Below, piece by piece: positions 35,203 to 44,314 of a DNA stretch of 64,000 nt. Below the pieces are notes generated by a model, which saw only the letters and a list, made by a program, of their open reading frames with translations, was not told the origin of the DNA and did no database searches. Location of the stretch: NCBI GenBank assembly GCA_963665125.2, contig CAXXUK010000001.1, forward strand, positions 1,312,001 to 1,376,000, in the 5' to 3' direction. Made by a program: the position numbers and the translations under genes. This stretch comes from an uncultured Desulfarculus sp. GTDB lineage: Bacteria; Desulfobacterota; Desulfarculia; Desulfarculales; Desulfarculaceae. The stretch's first letter is position 1. Each line of letters opens with the position of its first letter.

Positions 35203-36138
35203 CTAGTAGGCGTAGCTCACCGGATAGCCGTAATCGAACCCGGCCATGAGCTTTTTGAATTCGGCGTAGCCCTTTTTCTCGATGACTTTCTGGGTGTAGG
35301 CGGCGCGGTCCTCCACACCGTAGATCCATTGGTCCACAAAGGCCTTGAAGCCTTCCTCGGTGTCCGAGGCGACCTTGTATTCATAGCCCCAGCCGAAATC
35401 CACGTCATAGAAGCCCGGCGTATAACCCGGATGCGCGCCGAATGGATCCTCCACCACGGCGCAGACCTTGAACGACGGCACGATGGTCCGGGACGGGTCC
35501 TTGCCGATGGTCTCACGGCTGACCACGCGCTCGCAGCTTACAATGACCTTCTTGGAGGCCATGGCTCCGGCCTGGCAGTCGCCGCCGATGCCCCAGATCT
35601 GGGCGTTGCCTTCCACGTCGGCCTGCTGCACGTGGATGATGGCCACGTCCGGGGTCAGAGCCGGAGCCAACAGCACCGGCGAACCGTCAAAGGGCGAGTC
35701 GATGAGTTTGTACTTGCCGTCGCCCATGAACGACTTGATATTCAAAAGGTCCGTGCCGACCATGTCCTTGACCGGCACGAAGGGCATACCCATGGCCCCG
35801 GCCTGGAGCATCAGGGGCAGCGAGAGGTTGGTGTATTCCTCGATCTCTATCTTGTGGGGTATGCCTCTTTCCAGGGAGCGCCGGAAGCAGCGTCCCAGGC
35901 CGTAGATGCCCAGGCTCAGGAAAGTGGAAATAAAGCGTTTGACGCAGCCCGCGCCGATGAGCATGTCAAAGTCGTCGGCCGCGTTGCTGCGGGTGATGGT
36001 CAGGTCCTTGAGGCCCTGGCGGATGATCTCGTGCACCGCCGACATGGGCGGGCGGCAGATATAGCCGCCGATGTACACGAAATCCCCGCTGGATACGTGT
36101 TGGCTTATGGCCTCTTTCATGGTTGTGACTTTACTCAT
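35203..36138 (-). CDS. CoA-transferase alpha subunit
   Basis: 'EAISQHVSSGD', 'HEIIRQG', 'AGAMGMPFVP', 'PDVAIIHVQQAD..GN', 'PFGAHP'; start ATG 36138. Confidence 0.9.
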   Translation of the reverse strand: MSKVTTMKEAISQHVSSGDFVYIGGYICRPPMSAVHEIIRQGLKDLTITRSNAADDFDMLIGAGCVKRFISTFLSLGIYGLGRCFRRSLERGIPHKIEIEEYTNLSLPLMLQAGAMGMPFVPVKDMVGTDLLNIKSFMGDGKYKLIDSPFDGSPVLLAPALTPDVAIIHVQQADVEGNAQIWGIGGDCQAGAMASKKVIVSCERVVSRETIGKDPSRTIVPSFKVCAVVEDPFGAHPGYTPGFYDVDFGWGYEYKVASDTEEGFKAFVDQWIYGVEDRAAYTQKVIEKKGYAEFKKLMAGFDYGYPVSYAY

Positions 36139-36161
36139 TGAACCAGTACTCCGAATTTGCT

Positions 36162-38543
36162 CTACAGGTTGAACTCCGAACGGGCGATGATCTCTTCCTG
36201 GGCCAAGTCGCTCAGATCCACGAAAGTGCCGCAATAGCCGCTGATGCGAACAACCAGGTCCCGGTGGTTTTCCGGGTCTGCCTGGGCCTGGCGCAGCACT
36301 TCGCTGTCGGTCATGTTGAACTGCACCTGCACGCCGCCCCGCTGGAAATAGCCCTTGATCAAGTTCTCGAAGTTGTGGGTGCCCAGCTTTTTGCCGGAAA
36401 AGCGCATGTTCAGGTTCAGGCCGTTGTAGGCCCGGTACAGGGGCAGCTTGGTGACGGAATTCATGATGGCCGTGGGCCCGGAGATGGCCGCCCAGTTGCT
36501 GGGGGTCACGCCGTTGCCCAGGATGTCTCCGGCATGGCGGCCGTCGGGGGTGGCCCCGGTGAAGGCGCCCATGGCCAGATGGAAGCCCACAGAGAAGAAC
36601 CCGGCCCAGAACGCGCCGCCCCGGTAGTTTTTGTGCTTGGCCAGGGTCGTGCAGAAGTGCTCCATGACGCGCCCGGCCATGGCGTCGGCCTGGTCGTTGT
36701 CATTGCCGTATTTGGGGATCTTGCGGGCCAGGTAGGTGCGTTGTTCCTCGGCCTCGTCCCAATCGTCGGCCAGCCAGGCGGCCAGATCTTCAATGCCGAA
36801 GGTCTGGTCGTCATATACGGCCTGTTTGACGGCCGTAAGGCTGTCGGCCACGTTGCTGAAACCCATGAACTGGGCCCCGGTGGAGTTGTAGATAGCACCG
36901 CCGCCGGTCAGGTCCAGGGCCTTGTCCAGGGGGCCGTCGATCATGGCCGAGGCGAACGGCGACGGCAGCATCTCGGCGATGGCCTGGTCCAGGCAGGCGA
37001 TGCCCCGCACGAACTGGGTAACAAAGTGGTTTATCTGAGCGTCATAGGCCTGCCACACGTCATCAAAGCTCTTGAAATCGGCCGGGTCGCCGGTCTCCGG
37101 CCCGGACTGGTAGCCGAAGATATTGTCCACACCATTGCTGAGGGCCAGTTCAAGGCACTTGATGCCGCTGAACTGCACGGCAAAGGTGGAGCCGAAGGTC
37201 TTGCCCTGGGCATTGGGCTCCAGGCAGCCCACCACGCCGTAATCGCGGGCGTCTTCCAGGGTCAGTCCGGCGTCGGTGAGCGAGCGGATAATGGCCTCGT
37301 CGTTGAAGAAGTGCACCAACACGCCGTCTTTGGTGTAGTCCACTGTGCGCTCCCAAAGCTCGGCCGAAGCCTCGGGCCCGAAACGCACGCCGAAGTTGGG
37401 CTGCACCGTACGGATGTCGCCGTAGGAATCGAGAATGATGTAGCTTAGATCATTGGTGGCGTCGGTTCCGTCCATGCCCACGCCGCCCACGGTGACGTTC
37501 TGGGTGGTCTTGCCCTCGGTGCCTTCGCCGCCGGGGATGTAGGCCTCTTCCAGCACGTTCCAGATCTCGTTGCACTTGAGGAACATCAGAGCCACCAGCT
37601 CACGGGCATATTCGGGAGTGACGCCCCCCCGCTGCAAGTCTTCTTTGTAATAAGGGTATAACACCTGGTCGATGCGGCCCAGGGAGATGGAGTTGCCGCC
37701 GGTCTCGATCTGGCTGATGAGGTGGATGAAGTACATGGCCTGAACGGCCTCGTGGAAATTACGGGGCCGGTGTTCGGGCACGTGGCGGCAGGCCTCGGCG
37801 ATGCGCTCAAGCTCGGCCTTGCGCACAGGGTCGTCCTCTGCGGCGGCCATTTCGGCGGCCAGATCGGCGTAGCGGCCCGCGAACGTCACCGCGGCCTTTA
37901 GCGAACGAATCACCGCCTCGTAGAATTTGCCCTTCTTGCCCGCCCGTTCGGCTTGGTCCAGAGCATCGAGCTTGGCCTGGGCCTCGGCCATGACTCCGGC
38001 CAGGCCCTGGTCCAGGACCCTCGCGTGGTTCATGGTGAAATGTCCCACGCCGTAGGTGATCTCCAGCATGAAGGTGAAGATGTACTTGTCCATGTCCTCG
38101 GACACGTCTTCGGGCAACAGGCTCTCGAAATATTCCTCCACCGTGCGGCCCTGCCAGAACGGCAAGATGTCTTCCAGCAGCTCGCGCTTTTCCTCGGCGG
38201 TTATCAAGGCCCGCTGCACCACCCGCTCGTCAAAGCCTTCGGTGTCGCCTTCCAGCCAGCGGGATTTGTTCTCCGGGAACAGCGGCGCGCCCTTGAGCTT
38301 GCTGGTGCGGCAGCCCACGATCAACTCATCGTCGCGGATGATCACCGAAATATTGGCCAAAATTTTTTCCAGGGCAAGGCTCATTCGGGTCAAGGGGTCG
38401 GCGTCCCAGTTTTCGGCCATGGCCCGGGTCACCCAGCGGGCCCGCTCCACGCAGACCTCCTGGGGCGCATTGATTATGCGCCGCCGGACCCGTTCCACCC
38501 TTGACAGGGCGGCATTGGTTCTAGTATTTGCTTGAATGGTCAC
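36162..38543 (-). CDS. glycyl radical enzyme (PFL superfamily), substrate unknown
   Basis: 793 aa; 'IRDDELIVG', 'GRIDQ', Cys loop 'VVGCLEP', 'PKYGND', 'ATPDGR', Gly-radical loop 'DLVVRISGY'. Confidence 0.95.
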   Translation of the reverse strand: MTIQANTRTNAALSRVERVRRRIINAPQEVCVERARWVTRAMAENWDADPLTRMSLALEKILANISVIIRDDELIVGCRTSKLKGAPLFPENKSRWLEGDTEGFDERVVQRALITAEEKRELLEDILPFWQGRTVEEYFESLLPEDVSEDMDKYIFTFMLEITYGVGHFTMNHARVLDQGLAGVMAEAQAKLDALDQAERAGKKGKFYEAVIRSLKAAVTFAGRYADLAAEMAAAEDDPVRKAELERIAEACRHVPEHRPRNFHEAVQAMYFIHLISQIETGGNSISLGRIDQVLYPYYKEDLQRGGVTPEYARELVALMFLKCNEIWNVLEEAYIPGGEGTEGKTTQNVTVGGVGMDGTDATNDLSYIILDSYGDIRTVQPNFGVRFGPEASAELWERTVDYTKDGVLVHFFNDEAIIRSLTDAGLTLEDARDYGVVGCLEPNAQGKTFGSTFAVQFSGIKCLELALSNGVDNIFGYQSGPETGDPADFKSFDDVWQAYDAQINHFVTQFVRGIACLDQAIAEMLPSPFASAMIDGPLDKALDLTGGGAIYNSTGAQFMGFSNVADSLTAVKQAVYDDQTFGIEDLAAWLADDWDEAEEQRTYLARKIPKYGNDNDQADAMAGRVMEHFCTTLAKHKNYRGGAFWAGFFSVGFHLAMGAFTGATPDGRHAGDILGNGVTPSNWAAISGPTAIMNSVTKLPLYRAYNGLNLNMRFSGKKLGTHNFENLIKGYFQRGGVQVQFNMTDSEVLRQAQADPENHRDLVVRISGYCGTFVDLSDLAQEEIIARSEFNL

Positions 38544-38546
38544 GGC

Positions 38547-39368
38547 TCACACCTTTATGTCCATGTGTTTGAGCAAAATGGCGTCCCGCACCCTGCACGG
38601 CAGGAAGCGGTTCAAAATCAGGAACACGCTGCTCATGAAGTCGATCTGGTAGAACTTCTTGGGCCGGTCCTTGAGAATCACGTCGTAAATCTTTCGCGAG
38701 GCCTGATCCGGGGTGGGCGCGGTCTTGATCAGCTCATCGTCGCGGTTGATAAACCGTCGCACCCGGTCGAAATACGGCGAAGATTCGGGCGGCAGAACAT
38801 GGATCTTGGCCGCGAAATCCGTGGAGACCTGGGCAGGCTGAATGATGGTGCAGGTGATGCCAAAAGGCTCCAGTTCGTAGCGCAGGCTCATGATCATGCC
38901 CTCCACGGCGAACTTGCTGCCGCTGTAGATGGACTCGAAGGGGAACGGCACCTGACCCACCAGAGACGACATGCAGATCAGCTTGCCGCCGCGCTGCTGG
39001 CGCATGTGGGGCACAAAGGCCTGCAACAGGGCCGCCGTGCCGATGACATTGATATCCAGGCAGGTCAGGGCCTTTTCCAGGTCCACCTCCTCGAACGGGC
39101 TGAAAAAACCGATGCCCACGTTGGAGAGAACGGTGTGCACCCTGGGAAATTTGGCCAGCACTTCATCACGAAAGGCCAGGATGCCCGGCCGGTCGGTGAT
39201 GCTCATGACCTTGAGCAGATGATCGCCTTTGAGTTCATTCTTAAGCGATTCGATGCCCTCGGCGTCCACGTCGAAACCGGCCACCGAATGCCCGGCGGCG
39301 TCGAGCATCTTGGCCACCTCGCGGCCCATGCCCTGGGCCAGCCCGGAAATCACCACTACCTGTTTCAT
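38547..39368 (-). CDS. classical short-chain dehydrogenase/reductase
   Basis: 'VVISGLAQGMG', 'SS' catalytic Ser region, YxxxK 'YSGSK'; GGAGG RBS before ATG 39368. Confidence 0.9.
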   Translation of the reverse strand: MKQVVVISGLAQGMGREVAKMLDAAGHSVAGFDVDAEGIESLKNELKGDHLLKVMSITDRPGILAFRDEVLAKFPRVHTVLSNVGIGFFSPFEEVDLEKALTCLDINVIGTAALLQAFVPHMRQQRGGKLICMSSLVGQVPFPFESIYSGSKFAVEGMIMSLRYELEPFGITCTIIQPAQVSTDFAAKIHVLPPESSPYFDRVRRFINRDDELIKTAPTPDQASRKIYDVILKDRPKKFYQIDFMSSVFLILNRFLPCRVRDAILLKHMDIKV

Positions 39369-39382
39369 GTCCTCCCCTTCCC

Positions 39383-40366
39383 TTATTCCCGGCCGCTTTG
39401 CCAAAGCCGTCCAAGTTCTTTCAGCGATTCATGAAAGTCCGGATATTTCAAAGAAAATCCCGTATCTTTGAGCTTTTGATTGGAAACCACGTAATCGTGG
39501 TACAGATAGCCCACCGCCTCGTATTCCAGTTCAGGGAGCTTGCCCCGCATACCGGAGAAAAAGCCGTCAACCCGTGACATGACCTTCATCAGGCCCAAAG
39601 GCAAATGCATGTTCGGCGCCTTCTGGCCGTATACCTCGGCCGACCAGGTCAGGGCCTGCTGTAAGGTTGGCTTGCTGTCGTCGCTGATGTTGTAGGCCTG
39701 GCCCACGGACCCGGGCAGCCGCGACAGGTGGTCCATGGCCAGAGCCACGTCCTCGGCCCGGATATTGGCCAAGAGCTGCTTGCCGTTGCCGGGGATGGCC
39801 GGTATGGAACTGGGCCTGGAAAAAACCTTACCCGCGCCATCGTTACAGCGGGGCCCGTAGACCGTGCAGGGCCTTATGATCACTGCGGGCAGGCCCTTAT
39901 TTACCTGCCGCCAAACCACCTCCTCGCCGTCTCGCTTGCTGCGGCCGTAGCTGTCCTTGGGGTTGCGCGGCGATTGTTCGGTAAAAGGCGATCCGGTGTA
40001 AAGCCCGTACACCGATGTGGATGTAACGTGGACAAAGCTCTTGACCCTCGCATCCAGGGCCAGACCCGTGATGTGCTCGACCCCGGCGACATTTGTGGGG
40101 AAAAGCATTTCATACGGCGTGGACAAGTTGCAGATGGCCCCCAGGTGCATCACCCTATCCACCCCGCCCTCAAATAATGCGGGCAGGGTCTCGGGTTTGG
40201 TTAGATCGGCGGGCACGAATTCCACGCCGAGGTTGTCGAAAAACGACGTATCCCGCCGGGGTCGGGCCGTGGCTCGAACTTTTTCACCATTCCTGGCCAG
40301 CAACTCCACCACATGGCTGCCCATGAATCCGGCCGCGCCGGTCACCAAAGTCAGGCCAAAATCCAT
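39383..40366 (-). CDS. extended SDR (NAD-dependent epimerase/dehydratase, 3-beta-HSD-like)
   Basis: 'LVTGAAGFMGSH', 'HLGA', 'STSVYG', YxxxK 'YGRSK', 'IRPCTVYGP'. Confidence 0.9.
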   Translation of the reverse strand: MDFGLTLVTGAAGFMGSHVVELLARNGEKVRATARPRRDTSFFDNLGVEFVPADLTKPETLPALFEGGVDRVMHLGAICNLSTPYEMLFPTNVAGVEHITGLALDARVKSFVHVTSTSVYGLYTGSPFTEQSPRNPKDSYGRSKRDGEEVVWRQVNKGLPAVIIRPCTVYGPRCNDGAGKVFSRPSSIPAIPGNGKQLLANIRAEDVALAMDHLSRLPGSVGQAYNISDDSKPTLQQALTWSAEVYGQKAPNMHLPLGLMKVMSRVDGFFSGMRGKLPELEYEAVGYLYHDYVVSNQKLKDTGFSLKYPDFHESLKELGRLWQSGRE

Positions 40367-40377
40367 ACCCTGCCCCC

Positions 40378-40947
40378 TTATGAATCCGCAGTGCCGGTTT
40401 TGGCCGCGGCGGCTTGTTTCTGCTCCAGCTCTGCAATTTCCCGCCTGGCCTTTTCCAGCCATTCGATGATCATGGTGTTGAAGCTCACGCCCAATTCGGC
40501 CATCAGGCGCACATAGTCGTCGTGGGATTGCCAGTGGCCCAGGTTTTCCCGGCGCAGATCCAGTTGTTCCCGATATATGTCCATCTGGTGCTCAATGGCC
40601 GCCAAGGCGTCCCCCGGATCGCCGAAACCGTAGAAAATAAAGCGCATCAAGAAGGGATCGCGCAGGATCATATTCTTCTCGGGCGGAGCGGCCAGCCACT
40701 GGGCAAAGGCCATCTTTCCTTTATCGGTGATGGAATAAAGCTTGCGGCCCGGGCCTTTCTCGCCAGGCGTGGCCACGACCTTCATGGTCACCAGTTCCTC
40801 ATCCAGCAGCGTGCGCAGATTCGGGTATATCTGGCCGAAGTTTATAGACCACATGTGCCCGAAATTGCGCTCGATATGGCTCTTGATCCTGTAGCCGTGC
40901 ATATCCTTGTAGTGAAGCAAACCCAGAATTGCGTATTTGATCGACAT
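40378..40947 (-). CDS. PadR-family transcriptional regulator (long subfamily)
   Basis: 'MSIKYAILGLL', 'HGY', 'WSINFGQIYP.L', 'RKLYSITDKG', C-terminal helical domain; GAGG RBS. Confidence 0.92.
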   Translation of the reverse strand: MSIKYAILGLLHYKDMHGYRIKSHIERNFGHMWSINFGQIYPNLRTLLDEELVTMKVVATPGEKGPGRKLYSITDKGKMAFAQWLAAPPEKNMILRDPFLMRFIFYGFGDPGDALAAIEHQMDIYREQLDLRRENLGHWQSHDDYVRLMAELGVSFNTMIIEWLEKARREIAELEQKQAAAAKTGTADS

Positions 40948-41191
40948 GAAACCTCTCATGGTGATTATGTATTTGTTGTTTATATATACATTCTATATAT
41001 AGTGCCAAGTCAACCCCCTTGGTGAATTTCGTGCAAAAAATAAAAAACAGCCTGTGCCATCAGGCAAAGACTGTTCTGCAACATACTGATTATTCACTAT
41101 TTTTGGATTACATAAAATGCCGATTATTGGTGGCTTAGTCTTGCTGCCGGACCCCAGGATTTACTGGCGGCCAAGGCGTCCGGAATTACCG

Positions 41192-41491
41192 TCATGCCAG
41201 CAAATCAGGTTTTCCGGTACCTTGGTTTTTCCGTTTCGAGGCATTTTCCAGAAATGGTTCCAAGGCGCAGTCCCACAAAACGAATTTCGCAAGGACAGCA
41301 GCCAAGGCGCAGGCAACCAGGGAAAAGAATACATCCGTCCCGAATATCATATAATCAGCCAGGCTTTGGAACCCGGTGGCCCGGTTTACCGGCACAAGGT
41401 CGACAAAAAAGACAAAGCCCACCCAAATGCCCAACATGATCGCCGCCAAATTGATGCTGATTTTAACTATCTTCCGTGTCATCATTTCCAC
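41192..41491 (-). CDS. small two-TM membrane protein
   Basis: Two hydrophobic helices; AAGGG upstream; fills an otherwise empty gap. Confidence 0.5.
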   Translation of the reverse strand: MEMMTRKIVKISINLAAIMLGIWVGFVFFVDLVPVNRATGFQSLADYMIFGTDVFFSLVACALAAVLAKFVLWDCALEPFLENASKRKNQGTGKPDLLA

Positions 41492-41599
41492 CCTTCAATT
41501 AGAAAAAGGTGAAATCACAATGTCAATTCCGCCGTTATGTCACCCCTGTAAATAATGCAAACCAGGTAATTTATGGTTGTTGTGGCCTCATAACCAAGC

Positions 41600-42196
41600 C
41601 TAAACATCGCTGTCTTTATCGGCTTGCTGTTTAGGCTTAAGAGCCCTATTCAATACCGAAACAACACGTTGGGCCTGTCCCCTCAGATCGTTTACTCTCA
41701 GTTCAGCCATGCCGGCCATTACCAGCTTGATCATTTCGGCAAGTTCAGCGGGTTCTATGCCGGTATCTTCAATGGAAATTTCGTTTTTTTGGCAAGCGTC
41801 GTCGATTAGCCGATTCAGCAGCAGGCTGAGCTGATGATCTCTCTCATCGCGCACCTCCGGCACAAGTGTCCTGGTTGCCGAAACCAAATCACTGGAAATG
41901 ATGTCGCTGCCGATCTCTTCAAATGGCGAAACAATGTATGAAGCAAGGATCGATTCGAGTTTTTGCCAGATAGTCATTTCCTTCGTTAAAAGGGTCTCGG
42001 ATTCAGCCACCCTTTCCCGGATAAATCCCAGGCATAATTCGCGGAACAGGTCTTCTTTGGTTTTGTAGTACTTGTAGAGAGTCACCCGGGAGCAGCCGGA
42101 ATACTCGGCTATCATGGACATCGTGGATCGCGTGAAGCCGTGTTGAAAAAAGCAGCGCCGCGCACCATCAATTATTTTAGCTGTCATATCTGGCAT
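41600..42196 (-). CDS. TetR/AcrR-family regulator
   Basis: 'KIIDGARRCFFQHGFTRSTMSMIAEYSGCSRVTLYKYYKTKEDLF' HTH. Confidence 0.92.
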   Translation of the reverse strand: MPDMTAKIIDGARRCFFQHGFTRSTMSMIAEYSGCSRVTLYKYYKTKEDLFRELCLGFIRERVAESETLLTKEMTIWQKLESILASYIVSPFEEIGSDIISSDLVSATRTLVPEVRDERDHQLSLLLNRLIDDACQKNEISIEDTGIEPAELAEMIKLVMAGMAELRVNDLRGQAQRVVSVLNRALKPKQQADKDSDV

Positions 42197-42230
42197 TTAT
42201 ATTTTTCCAGCGATCGTTCCCAATAGCCAA

Positions 42231-42258
42231 ATATTACCATTTTTACAATTTATGTCAA
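42231..42258 (-). promoter_or_regulatory. candidate tetR promoter with overlapping inverted repeat
   Basis: Minus strand TTGACA-16 nt-TAATAT with a TG extension; inverted repeat TTTACA-N5-TGTCAA at 42242-42258. Confidence 0.5.
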
Positions 42259-42373
42259 TGTGTTAATTTTTTCAAATGATTAATGTCACCATTCGCCGGT
42301 CTACCTAAAAAATGCGGCGAACCCGGAATAAATTCCAGGCCCGCCGCGCGACCAGCCTCTATGGAAATATTGC

Positions 42374-42772
42374 CTATTTCACCGTAACAACCGGGCAGTC
42401 GGCCTCCAGAATCAGGTACTGGGCCGTTGATCCAAACAGCAGTTTTCCAACCTTGGATTTTGTGGCCACGCCAATGTAGACCAAATCAGCAGAGATCTGC
42501 TTGGCGTAATGAGCCAGGGCCTCGCCCTTGCTGGTGCCCTGTTGCAGAATCTGGGAAGCGGACTCCAGTCCGGCCGTTTCCAATGACTGAACCGCCTCGG
42601 CAATTGCCTTTTCAGCCTGGGCCTTGGCGTCAACGACGCCTTCGCCCTTTTCAGTCAGCACCATGGCCACATGCACCGATGCCCCGAATTTGGCGGCATG
42701 ATCAATGGCCAAGTCCAAGGCCCTTTTAGAAGACTTGTTGCCCCCATAGCATACTAATAATTTCATATTCAC
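42374..42772 (-). CDS. universal stress protein
   Basis: 'S.RALDLAI..A', 'ADLVYIG', 'LLFGSTAQYLILEADCPVVTVK'. Confidence 0.92.
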   Translation of the reverse strand: MNMKLLVCYGGNKSSKRALDLAIDHAAKFGASVHVAMVLTEKGEGVVDAKAQAEKAIAEAVQSLETAGLESASQILQQGTSKGEALAHYAKQISADLVYIGVATKSKVGKLLFGSTAQYLILEADCPVVTVK

Positions 42773-42848
42773 CTCTCGCGCCAGTACACGCCTATTTCCG
42801 GCGGGCCGAAGACCCTTGGCGGCCTTTTATGCCCACAGAGCGCCAATA

Positions 42849-43562
42849 CTAGACTTCCAAGTATTTGGCCTTAATTTCAGGGTTTGCCTTGAGGTCCTGC
42901 ACCGTTCCTCTGAAACCGATGTAGCCTTTGCCTAACAATACAACTTCATCGGCCAAAGACAAGGCGACTTCCAAATTGTGTTCAACCAGCAAGATGGAAA
43001 CGCCGGTCTGGTTGATCTCGGCCAGAACGTCACGCACTTCCTTGACCATGATCGGCGCGAGCCCCTCTGTAGGCTCGTCGACCAATAGCAGGTCTGGGTT
43101 GCCCATCAGGGCCCTGGCGATGGACAGCATCTGCTGTTCTCCACCGGAAAGGTTGGCGCCCTTGTTGGCCGAGCGTTCCTTGAGCCTGGGGAAGTGCTTG
43201 AACACGCGTTCTTCGGTCCAAGGCTCGTTTCCCTTGATCTCCCTGGCGGCCTCCTTGATGCCCATGCGCAGGTTGTCCAAAACCGTCAACTTGGGAAAGA
43301 TGCGCCTTTCCTCGGGAACATAGCCGATACCGGCCTTGGCGACCTTATGCGGCTGCCAACCCGTGATGTCGGTGTCATGAAAGCGCACTGTGCCGCTTTT
43401 GGGTTTTACCATGCCCATAAGAGTCTTCAATGTGGTGCTTTTACCCATGCCGTTACGGCCTAACAGGCACACTATCCGTCCCTGCTCCAGGGTCAAATTG
43501 ATCCCCTGCAAGACGTGGCTCAGCCCGTAATAGGTGTTTATGTCATTTATTTCCAATATCAT
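42849..43562 (-). CDS. livF: HAAT (Liv-type) ABC transporter ATP-binding protein
   Basis: 'GRNGMGKST', 'YVPEERRIFP', 'LSGGEQQMLSIARALM', 'DEPTEGLAP'. Confidence 0.9.
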   Translation of the reverse strand: MILEINDINTYYGLSHVLQGINLTLEQGRIVCLLGRNGMGKSTTLKTLMGMVKPKSGTVRFHDTDITGWQPHKVAKAGIGYVPEERRIFPKLTVLDNLRMGIKEAAREIKGNEPWTEERVFKHFPRLKERSANKGANLSGGEQQMLSIARALMGNPDLLLVDEPTEGLAPIMVKEVRDVLAEINQTGVSILLVEHNLEVALSLADEVVLLGKGYIGFRGTVQDLKANPEIKAKYLEV

Positions 43563-44314
43563 TGTTCGACTATCCCGTGACCCAGATAGGCGTCTTTTAC
43601 GGCTTGGTTTTCGCGGATTTCGTCCGGCTTTCCGGTAGCCAGAACCTGACCATAGTGAATAACCGTGATCCTGTCGGCCAAGGAAAAGACCACATCCATG
43701 TCGTGTTCCACGATGACCATGGACTTGCCCTCGGTGAGTTTGCGGATCAGGTCCACGGCGGTGCGGGTCTCGTCAGGCGACATGCCCGCGCAAGGCTCGT
43801 CAAGTAGGATCAATTTCGGGTCGGTGGTCAGAGTCAGGCTCATCTCAAGGGCCCTGTTCTTACCATAGGAAAGCAGGCTGGCCCAGACATCGCGCTGTTC
43901 GCTCAGATTGATCCTTTCCAGGATCTTATCCACCTCCTGGTTCACCGCGTCCATCTTTTTCATGGGTTTCCACATGTTGAAACGGATCCCCCTGCGTGAG
44001 AGCACGCCAAGACGAACGTTTTCCGCCACGGTCAATTTATTGAAAGTACTTGTTATCTGAAAAGATCTCGCCAACCCCAGCCGGTTCAGCTTATACGGCT
44101 TAAATCCCGTTACATCCTTGCCGCCGAACATGATCTTTCCGTGCCGGGGCTTGTAAAAACCGGTTATCAGGTTGAACAGGGTCGTCTTGCCCGCGCCGTT
44201 GGGGCCGATAATGGCGTGGCGCTCACCTTCGGCGATTTGCAGGTCAATCCCGCGGATCACCTCAAGGCCGCTGAAGTCGTGGCGCAGGTCTTTTGTTTCC
44301 AAGATGTTGCTCAT
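43559..44314 (-). CDS. livG: HAAT ABC transporter ATP-binding protein
   Basis: 'GPNGAGKTT', 'GLARSFQIT', 'LSYG', 'VEHDMDVVF', 'VKDAYLG'. Confidence 0.9.
   Translation of the reverse strand: MSNILETKDLRHDFSGLEVIRGIDLQIAEGERHAIIGPNGAGKTTLFNLITGFYKPRHGKIMFGGKDVTGFKPYKLNRLGLARSFQITSTFNKLTVAENVRLGVLSRRGIRFNMWKPMKKMDAVNQEVDKILERINLSEQRDVWASLLSYGKNRALEMSLTLTTDPKLILLDEPCAGMSPDETRTAVDLIRKLTEGKSMVIVEHDMDVVFSLADRITVIHYGQVLATGKPDEIRENQAVKDAYLGHGIVEQ

Noticed and set aside
36138..37448. 436-aa plus-strand ORF, and similar ones at 34846-36141, 30685-31560 and 31847-32728
   Set aside because: All lie antisense to well-supported genes and have shadow-ORF composition.
36162..38543. GRE as pyruvate formate-lyase or as a fumarate-adding alkyl/benzylsuccinate synthase
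   Set aside because: No Cys-Cys pair as in PFL. The Cys loop is GCLEP rather than the CMSP-type loop of Bss/Ass, and no small beta/gamma subunit genes flank it.
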